DNA from: Camelus dromedarius | Taxonomy: Eukaryota | DNA: 64,000 nucleotides | Direction of reading: 5' to 3' | Assembly (NCBI RefSeq): GCF_036321535.1 | Contig: NC_087436.1 | Location: 59,584,001 to 59,648,000, forward strand | Shown here: positions 12,214 to 24,278 of the stretch, piece by piece | Layout: every line of letters begins with the position of its first letter | Position numbering within the stretch: position 1 is the first letter of the stretch | Made by a program: the position numbers and the translations under genes | The notes under the pieces: generated by a model | Told to the model about the DNA's origin: nothing | Seen by the model: the letters and a program-made list of their open reading frames with translations, nothing else | Database searches by the model: none

Positions 12214-13937
12214 AAATGAATAAAATACCTAAGGAAGCAAAAACGTGTACTCCAAAAACTATAGGATGCTGATGAAAGAAACTGAAGACAACACAGACAG
12301 ATAGAAAGATATATTGCGTTCTTGGATTGGAAGAATCAACATTGTTAAAATGGCCATACTATACCCAAGGCAATCTACAAATTCAGTGCAACCCCTAACA
12401 AATTACCAATGAATTTTTCACAGAACTGAAACAAAAGATGTTTAAATTTGTATGGAAACACAAAAGACCCAAAGTAGCTAAAATAATCTTGAGAAAGAAG
12501 AATGGAGCTGGAGGAATCACGCTCCCTGACTTCAGACTGTCCTACAAAGCTGCAGTAATCAAAACAGTATGGTACTGGCACAAAAACAGATATATGGATC
12601 AATGAAACAGAATAGAGAGCTCAGAAATAAACCAACAGACTTAAAGTCAATTAATCTTCAACAAAGGAGGCAAGAATATAAAATGGAGAAAAGGCAGTCT
12701 CTTCAATAAGTGGTGCTGGGAAAACTGGATAGCTACATGTAAAAGAATGAGATTAGAACATTCTCTAACACTGTATACAAAGAAAACAAACTCAAAATGG
12801 ATTAAAAGACTAAATGTAAGACTGGATAGTATAAAACTCCTAGAGGAAAATATAGGCAGGACATTCTTTGCCATAAATTGCAAATTTTTCTGTGTCCATC
12901 TCCTAGAGTAATGGAAATAAAAAACAAATGGGACCTAATTAAACTTAAAAGTTTTAGCACAGCAAAGGAAACCATAAACAAAACAAAACAAGACAATCTA
13001 CAGACTTGGAGAAAATATTTGTAAATGATGCAATTGACAAAGGATTTCTAAAATATGCAAACAGCTCATATAACTCGGTATCAAACAAAACCAAACAAAA
13101 AAACCAAGTCAAAAAAATGGGTAGAAGACTTAAATAGACATTTCTCCAAGAAAATATACAGATGACCAACAGGCACATGAAAAGACTCAACATTACTAAT
13201 TATTAGAGAAATGCAAATCAAAACCACAATGAGGTACCACCTCACAGTGGTCAGAATGGCCATCATCAAAAAGTCTATAAATAATAAATGCTAGAGAAGA
13301 GTGTAAAGAAAAGGGAACTCTCCTATACTGTTGGTGGGAATATAATTGTGTGCAGCCACAATAGAAAACAGTATGAAAGTTCCTTAAAAACTTAAAAATA
13401 GAGCTACCATATGATTAATCAATTCCACTCCTGAGCAAATATCCTGTGAAAACTCTAATTTGAAAAGATACATGCACCCCAATATTCATAGCAGCACTAT
13501 TTACAATAATCTAGACGTGGAAGCCAACCTAAATATCCAATTGACAAATGAATAGATAAGGAAGTGGTATGTATATATATACATATGGCATATATGTATA
13601 CACACAATGGAATATTACTCAACCATAAAAATAATGAAATAATGTCATTTACAGCAACATGGATGGATGTAGACATTATACTAAGTCAAGTCACTCAGAG
13701 AAAGACAAACACCACATGATATCACTTGTGCGGGGTATCTAAAAAATGACACAAGTGAACTTACTTACAAAACAGAAACAGACTCAGACATAGAAAACAA
13801 GCTTACAGCTATCTATGCAGAAAGGGGGAGGGATAAATTTGGAATTTGGGATTAACAGATACACACTACTGTATATAGAATAGAGAAACAACAAGGACCT
13901 ATTACTGTATAGCACAGGGAACTATATTCAATATCTT
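12214..13937 (+). mobile_element. L1 fragment: decayed ORF2 C-terminal region and 3' UTR, lacking its terminal end and poly(A)
   Basis: ORF2 motifs 'ggattggaagaatcaacattgttaaaatg' and 'aaaacagtatggtactggcac'; stops at 'actatattcaatatctt'. Confidence 0.92.
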
Positions 13938-15489
13938 TAATATTTTGTAGCATGGTAGCACGAAGAGTTTTGAATTTTTTTGTTGTTTTTTTTTGCTTTG
14001 GACACAATGTTGCATTTTCAGTAAGTTTCACACATGCATCTATTACAGGTATGCACATGTACCTACATGCCCCATTCATAAGGTAAAATGCTGAAAGATG
14101 GACCAGGCGACATAATGGTTGATCTTTTTTGGTAGCTGACTGGATTCACAGTTGTTATCTCACGGTATGTATGTTTAAAAATGTATATATGAGTAGGAGA
14201 AAGGGGCAAGCTAGAAGGTCTATACTTGAATTAGGCAGAATCATTTGACAGGTACTGGATAGGTAGAGGAGGATCTGACTATAGCCATCCTTACTTATCC
14301 CTTAGTTACCTCCCTGTAAAACAGGGATTATAATACTACTTCCCTTAAAGTATTTGTGAAGCACTTACAGCACTGTCTAATTACCTTAAGGTTCTAAGTA
14401 TTCACAACTTCTTAGACTAGACTGGGTCTAGGGATTTCTAACAGTTAAGAATAGGAACATAGTTTCAGCTCCAGTAGCAAGGAGTCAAGAGTCGGGACTC
14501 CAGGTACAGTGGTTCCATTCTTCCAGTAAGAATTCTGGGCAAGTGAACATTTGACACAACCAAAATGAGAGCCCACTGGTCAGCAGTGAGGCATTTGTTC
14601 ACAGAAAAATAGAAAGGAGGAAGACACGACTAAATTCCTCCAGACTGGTGCTGGGCTGAGAAGAGTGCAGATCAGACAAAATTGCTTCCTGCTTCAGTCC
14701 AGAGTAGTTAGGAATGAGGTGAAATTGAGCTCTCAGGTAGGAAGTATCACTGAGCAGACTGTGTAGGACAGAAGTAGGGGCAACAAATAGACTGATGAGA
14801 CACCAGAAATTAGGTGAGAGATCAAATGTCTCTACTGTGGGCAAAGGAGAGATGCAAAGGTTAGAAACAAGGCATTTTATTTTACAATGTAGTTCCTCTA
14901 GTCAGTATAATTTTCTTAATGGGGGAATTCATTTCTAAGTAATGTCTAATTTTTTGTCTCTGTATTCCTGAACCATGCTTCTCAGTGTTTTGCATAGAAA
15001 AGTATTAAATGAAATCTTTCTTAAAAAGAAATGATTAATGAAAATAACGTGAACAGACATGCCCTGTGAAATGTAATTTCAGGTATCTTTCCATTCTAAC
15101 TCACAGCATTAGGTATCCAATTATTACAAAATTGTAATATTTCCTTATCTCCAAGGGATGGGATTTGGGCCCTTTTTGCTGAGCTGTCATGCTGGGACAC
15201 AATTCAGAGACAAGAATAGGCAGATCCAATGCTGAAGCAAAAGGTATGATTGACAGTCTGAACTGGGTTATTAGTCTGAAACACATAGAAAAGTGGAAGT
15301 GAGGTCAAGAGTACAAAAAGTGCATCAAATGGCAAAATTAGGGTCAAGAGCTCAGAGGTCAGAGGCAAGAAGAGAGGTATTGGGATTTAAGGTCAAGATA
15401 TGCAAGATATGGGTAAACTGAGGTAGACAAACAAGACAGATTGCTATCAGAGAAGAAAAAGAGAAAAGCCGCAGAGACAAAACTTAGGA

Positions 15490-15900
15490 ATTTGAGGTCT
15501 ATTCCTTCATCTGATCACAGATTATATATGGAAGTTCCAGGTAATAGTCTCTAATTTATCTTTGGCATGTTAATTAATCCTATTAATCCCAGTTTTCTCA
15601 TTAAAAAATAGGGGGTACTTATTGTTATTTTTAGAATAAAATGGTGCAAGATCTATAAACATTTAGTACAGTGCCTGACATAAGTAAGTTACAAATAGAA
15701 GAAAAAGAAAGGCCAGGTCTGCCACTTACTAGCAATGTGAACTTGGGACAATTTACCCTCTTGGAGTCTGTTTATTTTTAAGAATTTACTTAGTAGTTTC
15801 TTTTTAGCATCAGAGAAAACAGATCTTAACATCTGATCAAGTAACCTGGCACTTATTCTCATGGACTAAGTGCTCAAGAAATAGAACAATCATTACTATT
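15490..15900 (+). mobile_element. Two adjacent MIR fragments
   Basis: 'cagttttctcattaaaaaataggg...agtacagtgcctgacata' and 'gccacttactagcaatgtgaacttggg'. Confidence 0.5.
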
Positions 15901-16059
15901 AACTTCTGTATATCCATCTAGTATCTTACAAGATTCCCTTTGTGCAGTGTTCACCCCAGGAAGTGCCCATCTTAGTTTACATACACTACCTAGGAATTGG
16001 TTTATTAGGAATCAATGTCTCATAAAATACATGTTTTTGATAGTTTGAATTTCTGTTAA

Positions 16060-16425
16060 TCAAACATTAGCTTTCCTCCTCCTCTCACTGTGGGCAGAAT
16101 ATACTTCCTGCTCCATGGATTTGTGCTTTGTAAAGAAACTGGCTTTGGTGAAGGGGATATTGTAATGCAATAATCATGCAGTGGGTATGGTTCTGCCCTC
16201 TGGTGATCTAGCACAAGAAGAATATGCCATGACCGGCCCCCAGTTCAAGAAATATGAGGAAGCATGTGGTGCCTTCGCCTGGAATCAAAGCCAGAAAATC
16301 ACTACAGAACCTGGCACAGCCATAGCCAAACCACAGTCCCATGAGCAAAGAAATGAATGCTTGTTGCCACTCGGTTTGGAGGTTAAGTTTATGATGCATC
16401 ATAGTGGCAAGAAGATGAATAAAAT
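16060..16425 (+). mobile_element. Old MaLR LTR (MLT1H/I-like)
   Basis: 'gggcagaatatacttcctgctcc' and 'catgagcaaagaaatgaatgcttgttgccac'. Confidence 0.55.
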
Positions 16426-18257
16426 GCCTAATAAAAACACTATTAAAGTGTTCAAGGGCAGATGGTGTGGTCTATTTCTCAGAATCTCTGAGAACACACC
16501 ATGTATCCAGTTGAGGCCATCAGGTCTGGCCATTTGGGTCTGAGATGTGTATCTGTTACTGTCACCATTAGCACCTAGAATAAGAAGTTAGGAGTTAAGA
16601 AGAAATAACTCAGGGAATACTATCAAGAAATAAGCAATAATCACAATTATACAATTGCAGTAATAACAATTGAGTTCTCAAATGTTAAAGATCAATTCTA
16701 AATGAGGGGCTAAAAATCTAACAGACCTTACTCTTCAACAACAATTTCAGGAAGCTGTTTGAGGACAGGACCTCAGAAATACAATACAAATGCAGGAAAC
16801 AGGTAAAGAGACTACTGGATGTTCTGGCTGTGCATAGCATGGTGCACTGACCTCCTACTCATAAGGCTATTTTATAATTCCGTACGAGATGTTACCATAT
16901 AGTATACACAGTGGAGATGTAAGTAATCTGTCTGATCAGACGACGCCAGCAATCTTATTCTACATTCCTCATTGCCTATAAAGACCTAGTTACTCAAATG
17001 CAATATGAAACATTTTAACACCTCACTGATAACCTAATTAATTACTGTATGGAATAAAATCTTAGATAGACATTCATTTTATATTTTATGAGAATCATGT
17101 TTTTAACATTTAAAAAATTATACCTCAATAATGTAAAAAGAAACAGGGGCAGAAGAAGGATGGAAGTCTGCCTTTAAGGTTGGCAAGGAGGCCACAGGCA
17201 CCTGGCTGAACTGCAATGAAGCATGCCTTTCTGCATAACACACATCCTGCCCCAGGAGTCCCATGAAGGGAAAAAAAATTTATTATAAATTCAAGCAGAA
17301 ACATGCTAGCTAATGTTCCTAGAGAGGAGACCTTACCCAAGGGGTAGATAGGAAGACCACATGGGATATAGTCAATAGCCACAGCATTTTGAAGATGAGG
17401 GCTGAGGCCCTGCCTTTTTTTTTTTTTTTTTTTTTTTTCCTTTCAACTGCTTTCAGGATTTAGAAAGGAGATAAAGAAGCCAGCCAAGTGCTGGTTACTT
17501 ATCATAAGATGGTGTGGCGGAGATTGACAGTTACTTTAACATGTAGTTACTTTGCCCATGACCATTTGGATTGCAAGTGATTACAAAATAAGGATTATTT
17601 CTAATTCAGAGAAAATTCATGGATCTTAAACATTAAAACCTGAAGTGTACATAAACACGTTTTCAAAAAAAAAAACCTGAAAGGATTTCATAAAAGTGTC
17701 CAACAGTTGCTCTTAATTAGGTACTAGCATTTGTAGGTCCCCTAGCTAATTTAGAAGCTCTCTGGAGTAACTCAAAGTACCTCTTCTATTTTTCCCAACT
17801 GAGTGAATATAACTTCTTCAAGCTCCCTGCAGGTGTAAATTGAAATTAATTTATTATTTTCAGGAGCCAAGGCAGATGTCCTAGTTCTTGATCATTTTGT
17901 ATGTCAGTATGTAATGATCGGCTAGGCTGCTGCGTTACCTAAATATTTGAAGAGATACAAAATTTATTCACCAGGAGACACTGTCAGTTTAAAAATCTAA
18001 ACCTTACCTTTTCTGTACTGTTTACCAGCCATTTTTCTAGTTGTTTCACAATGTTTTGTTATTCCCCACGTTCTCTCCTCTTTCTATGCCTTTGATATTT
18101 CATGGACCTGCAGTTACTTACTGCCTTTTGTTTATTAGGCAAAATGATATTCTCTTTTTAGATTTGTCCTCAATTAAGAACATCAGATGGAGTTCTGCAT
18201 CCATGCCTCCCAGAAAATACTTGCATAAACCAACAGCATAGCACTTCTTACAATGTA

Positions 18258-19281
18258 TGTAGGAGGATTCCCTTTTCTCCACAGCCTTTCCAGCATTCAT
18301 TGTTTGTGGACTTTTGAACGGTGATCATTCTGACTGATATGAGTTGATTCCCATTGTAGTTTTGATTTGCATTTCTCTGATAATTAGCGATATTGAGCAC
18401 TTTTCATGTGCCTATTGGCCATTTGTATGTCTTCCTTGGAGAATTGCTTGTTTAGTTCTTCTGCCCATTTTTGGATTGGGTTGTTTGTTTTTAAGTTGTA
18501 TGAGCTGTTTATATATTCTGGAAATTAAGCCCTTGTCAGTCTCATCTTTTGCAAATATTTTCTCCATTCAGTTCCCACTGCTGGTGGGAATGTAGTTTGG
18601 TGCAGCCCTAATGGAAAACATGGAGATTCCTTAAATGATTAAAAATACTTACCATATGACCCAGGAATCCCACTCCTGGGCATATATCCAGAGGGAACCT
18701 TAATTCAGAAAGACACACGCACCCCAATGTTCACAGCAGCACTATTTACAACAGCCAAAACATGGAAACAACGTAAATGTCCACTGACAGATGATTGGAT
18801 AAAGAAGTTGTGGTATATTTACATAATGGAATACCACTCAGCCATAAAAAAGGAATAAAATAATGCCATTTGCAGCAACATGGATGGACCTGGAGAATGT
18901 CATTCTAAGTGAAGCCAGAAAGAGAAAGAAAAATACCATATGATATCACTTATATATGGAATAAAAAAAAAAAAAAGGACAAACAAACATTTTCAAAACA
19001 GAAACAGACTCACAGACATAGAAAACAAACCTATGCTTACTCAGTGGGGGGGAGGGTGGGAAGGGATAAATTGGGAGTTCAAGATTTGCAGATACTAACC
19101 ACTATATACAAAATAGATAAATGACAAGTTTACTGTACAGCACAGGGAACTATATTCAATATCCTGTAGTAACTTATGGTGAAAGAATATGAAAACAAAT
19201 ATATGTATGTTCCTATATGACTGAAGTATTGTGCTGTACACCAGGAACTGACACACTGTAAACTGACTATACTTCAATAAC

Positions 19282-19313
<32 letters not shown>

Positions 19314-19375
19314 TATATATATATTTATATAAAGACACACACACACACACAAAAAAAAAAAAAGAAAGAAAAAAG
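18258..19375 (+). mobile_element. 5'-inverted L1: antisense segment 18258-18569, sense segment ~18576-19375 with (TA)n(CA)n/poly(A) tail
   Basis: Antisense L1 'tgtaggaggattcccttttctccac...' joined to sense 'cactgctggtgggaatgtagtttgg...'. Confidence 0.9.
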
Positions 19376-19554
19376 GAAAGTGTCCCAGATCACAGCTAGC
19401 AGGTCTTTTTTAAATCAAAAACTCGCCTGAAACAATTTACATACTAATGTTTCTGTTTCATTGGAATTATATAAGAAAATCATTTTCGTTGTAAACAAAC
19501 TTCTAAAATACTTGGGAATATCATTAAAGACTTTTGAGTTGATAATAAATTTAA

Positions 19555-20050
19555 CTCATTTATTCATTTTAAACAATATTTTCTAGTAAGGACTGTTTTA
19601 AGTGTTGTACATGTTGCAGTGAACGAGAGGCTTCCTCTCAAGCCAAGAGAGAGGTTAAACAAATGCAGCGATGTATACACAAGAAAATATTAGATGTTGA
19701 TGAATCTTACGCTGAACATTAAATCTGGTGATACAAGAGTGATTATGTGGTTTCTTTATGCCACACGGTAAGAAATAATCTTTCTGAGCAGCTCATATCT
19801 AAGCTGTGATCTGAATTACAAGAGTCAGAATAGTAATAAGGAGACTTTCCAAGGGAGGAAACATCTAGAACAAATTCATGAAGATGGGCTTTAGTTTGTT
19901 CCAGCAATAAAAATGAAGCCATTGCAAAAGGGCAAGAACAATAAATAGGTCTCCTTTTGAAGTTAGACAGGCTATCAGGAATCAGATCACATAAGGTTGT
20001 AAACCAGATTAAGGACTTCAGAATTTATCCCAAGTATGATGAGATACCTG
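19555..20050 (-). mobile_element. L2 fragment
   Basis: 'catttattcattttaaacaatatt' and 'taaggacttcagaatttatcccaag'. Confidence 0.55.
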
Positions 20051-20409
20051 GTTAGAGTGGAATGTCTTAGGGCAGTATCTTCCTAGCACAAGCAACTTTG
20101 TCCATTTACAACAATATGCAATTCAAATCTTATCATTTTCTATGGGCACCACAATATAAAAAGTTTGAGAAGCACTTTGAGGGAATGATTACTGTTGGGA
20201 CTTTGATTTAATGTGACTTGGAGTTGCAGAATGTCTACACATGGTTTAATCTCCTTCAGTCTATTTGCCTTACTCTACAATCTAATGTTTGCCTGCTGTA
20301 ATCGCTTAGGAGTGATTTTCCAGATCTTGTACCAGGGATTAAAATCAACATAAGTGTGTCACTCCTGTAAAGTGACATCAGCTTTGTGCTTGGCAAGCCC
20401 CTGACATCC

Positions 20410-20950
20410 TTCATTCATAGGACACTTACTGAGTGTCTGCTTGTAACCAGCTCCTCTTCTAAGTGCAGGGGTAGGGATGTGAAAAAAAAGACTAAAATCC
20501 CTGCCTCCCTTGAGTTTGTATTCAGATGGGGAGACATAAAATACTAACATAAATACACACATAATACATACACAACATACTAACAGTAAAAATGCTAAGA
20601 GAAAAATTAAGCAAAAAGGGAAATGGGGAATGTGAGCTCGATATTTACAGTACTATTTAAACTATGGAAACTCCAAGAGGTGAGGCATTGAGCCTGATGG
20701 TATCTGGCAGAATATCAGGCAAAGAGATCAGAGGAGAAAAATCCCTGAGGCTGAAGATAATGCACACAAAGGAGAAACAAAACCAGTGTAGGAATACTCA
20801 AGTGAGTAGGTGCGAGGAGGGAAGCTGAAGGGGTTACAGAAGTGAATGGGTAGGGAGTGGGTGAAACTGTGTGAGGACTTTAAATTCCACTCACAGTGAA
20901 ATCAAACAGAAATCACCAGGCAGTTCTGAGAATCAGCCCTTTGGCTGTTA
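20410..20950 (-). mobile_element. L2 fragment
   Basis: 'ttcattcataggacacttactgagtgtctgct' and 'aaatccctgcctcccttgagtttgtattc'. Confidence 0.65.
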
Positions 20951-23648
20951 ACTTTGTATGTCATAAAACTTGTTCTCCTTCACATATTTTAAAAATAAAC
21001 TTCATTTCATTATCATAAAACACATGTTTTCATTATAGAAAAAGTAGAGTAGCCGTAAATAAAAAGCAGAGACATCACATAGTCTCAACACAAACATAAA
21101 TATAGTAAAATATTGGTCTTTATCTTTCCAGCCTTCTCTTTCTCTCTATCCCCATCTGTGTGTAGGGGTGGGGTGGGGGATTGTGCATGTGTTTTGAGCT
21201 CTTCACTTTAGGTGCTCATAGTAATTACGCTTTCAGGAAAGTGTTTACTCTGCGTGATATTGCTATTTTAGTCACTGGTCAACTCTACAAAATAGGAGTT
21301 TGATGAAAATCAACTACTTTATCACTTAGTAATTACATTCGTCTTTATTTTTAAATCGACTGCTTGCCGTCTATAGTCTAGAATGAATTTCAAAGCTATG
21401 ATAATAGATTAAAATTAGTTAATTAGTTGGTTATTTATTTAGTTCACTAGGTGAAACCTGCTTCGCTAGGATATACAAAGAAATATTCACAGAAAGATTG
21501 AGACCACCTGTTCATTACATTTGTTTTTCATTCAGTACATGTTTTCACTCAGTCCCACGCTAAGTGGAAGGTGAAAGCGTAAGGATCAAAAAATGACTAG
21601 GAAAAAATATTAAGCTAACATTACCCATTTTTTGAGATAATTGGGATGCAAATTATATTAATAATTCCTTCAACTTCTTGTGATACATTAATTCAGTCAA
21701 CTTTCATAAGATAAACACTCAGTGAAATATTGAGCAAACTGTAATTTAAGTGTAACCTAAAAATTTAACAACTTAAATTATGAAAGTGGCTAATTTATTT
21801 TTGGAATTCAATAAAAATTAAAATGTTAACTATTAAAATGTATTTATTACAATAAAACATGGTTCTGAAAGAATAAATATGCAAGTGTTATGAATTCTCT
21901 AGAATTCTTTCATTTTGAAGCATGGCAAACATTTTTTTTTTCAGTTTTTTTTTTGATGGCAAATATATTTTATGCTGCAAATACAGAATATTTTGTTTCA
22001 CATAGTCACCTGTTAAATAAGTGAATAATAAGTATTATAGAAAGTATATGCTTTCAAATGGAGTCTATAAAATCTCTAAAGACAAACTAAATAATGACTT
22101 AGTAGAAGTATTTATCAACAAAAATAAATGAACTTTTACCAAATTGTCTAACATCAAAGAGGGTATACATTGTTTTTTGGAGAAGCAACGTGGAAAACAA
22201 CTGAAGAAAAATTTAAGAACCTCTTCTGTTATGACAATTCTATAGTTCTTTATCACTTTCTTGGGTAACTATGGAGACTACAGGAAAAGGGGTGTGGAAT
22301 TACAAGATGATAGGGTTTCTTTTTTTTTTTTTTTAAGTCTGTTGCTTTTTATTTGAAGGTTTACGGTATAAACAACTCATTAAAACCTATACTATGGATT
22401 CAATTATTCGGTGAAGGATCAAAAAATGAGTCAATACACAATTGTCTGCATACACATGTCTATAAAATGTAGACATACTAAAGTGTAAATACACACATAT
22501 CTATAAAAGAAAAAAAGGAGTATTTCTCTAAACAGTATTAAACATATGTAGGAAAGCATACATACGTATGCATATATAAATATGTATGTCAAAATGGATG
22601 CAGGTGAAATAAAGTCTATTCTTCTTAGTTTCGTATTTAACCTTCAATTATTATTTAAATATGAATATATTCTAAAATATTTCTAGGGTGGATAATTTAC
22701 ACAATTGTGTCAATAGTAAATGATCAATGAATACTGAATGATGATTGCTAGTAAGAAAAATTACATTGTATGATAGAATATTTTTGTTTCTATAAATTCC
22801 TGTATTTTTTAAAATGAAAAAAATCAGTAAAAAATTAAATAAAATCAAACACTATTTTAAGTGAGAATTGCTTCCCTAAAATTAAATTGGATGAAATATT
22901 TTCCTTGATTTTTCTAAGTTGATCAATTTGATTTCTAATACTTTTAACTGTCTGGTTTATATCAAAAGTTTATCACTAATATACCAGAGTTATTTTTTAT
23001 AACTAACAAAAGTTAACTAGATGATACAATATATGAATGTAACACATGAATGTCAGTATACAATGTGATTAAAATTACATATGAAAATCATTTGTATAGA
23101 AAAGAAATATACAAGACAATGTATTAGGGGATAGAACTAAGAAAAATATTAAAGCTAAAATCATTTAGATTTCTTTCTAGTGTCCCCAAATTTAGAGCTT
23201 TCAAAAACATATTTAAAACTCACGATCATTATTAGATTTCTGTCTATGTGGATCTCAAGGGTGTTTCTAGGATACAATATGTATATGATCTGGAACCTAA
23301 TGGGGGCTGATTGAAGCACATGTAAAAACAGTCTATAATTAACATTTCCCTAGACACCTTGACTCAAACTTTGTCAAGGGAAAGTGATGGGCTGAAACAG
23401 AACTGTTCAGAGGTAACCTTGAAGAGTAAGATAGGCTACCTTGAACTATAAGAGACTCAGTTCTGAGTCAGTTTTAAGAACGGGACTAGAGAAATGTGTG
23501 AAGAAGTACAACATTACTGAGTTTCCCCAGGCAGAAAATAACGCTGTAACATAGTAAACAAGGCACTTTGTTATTTTCCTGAAAAGCGCTATAAAACATC
23601 TTAGTTACCAATAAAGATTTCAGCATTGTTCACGACTAACATCTAGAG

Positions 23649-23868
23649 CAGAATTTCCCTCCTTGACTATATTCACATGTTGGGTTGGATAATTCCTTGC
23701 TGTCCTGAATTGTCTTGTGCATTGTGGGATGTTAAGCAGCATCCCCATCCTCTAAACGCCAGTAAAATTCCCCAACTGTGATAATCAAAAATGTCTCAAG
23801 ACACTGCCTGATGTTCCCTAGGAGGGTGAGGGGGTGGGTGGGAAATGACTTTTGGTTGAGTTTCATTG
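23649..23868 (-). mobile_element. hAT-Charlie MER20-like MITE
   Basis: 'gtgcattgtgggatgttaagcagcatcccc...caaaaatgtctcaagacactgcc'; ~220 bp with CAG...TG ends next to TCTA(G/A)A-type target sequence. Confidence 0.8.
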
Positions 23869-24278
23869 TCTAAAAAGGGTAATAAAAAAGAATTAACATG
23901 GGTTACATAGAGATTTTTCTTTTACTGGCTCTGCTCTGTTACAGTTAGACTTAGTATTTCCTTTTCATGCATTTGCTTTGGCACCTTTTAATAAATACTT
24001 TCATACTGAATCAACAAAAAGAATTTTAATTTTCTCTGATTTATACCTCCATGAAAGACTTTACCAGTGAATTTGCCTGCAATATGATTTGTTTAAGTTT
24101 TTCCTTTAATATTCCATGAAAATTGGACAACAGTTTTTTAGCCCTACTCATAATAGTAAAGTAAGAAAATAAAAGGTGTGTGTGTGTGCACGTGTAACAT
24201 TAACATTTAGAGACTACTAGAGAGTTATCCTACTATGACTGGAAAAGTTCATGTTCGGTATCATAAGCACATTGTTCA

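Noticed and set aside
16181..16543. 120-aa ORF
   Set aside because: Chance frame across a MaLR LTR.
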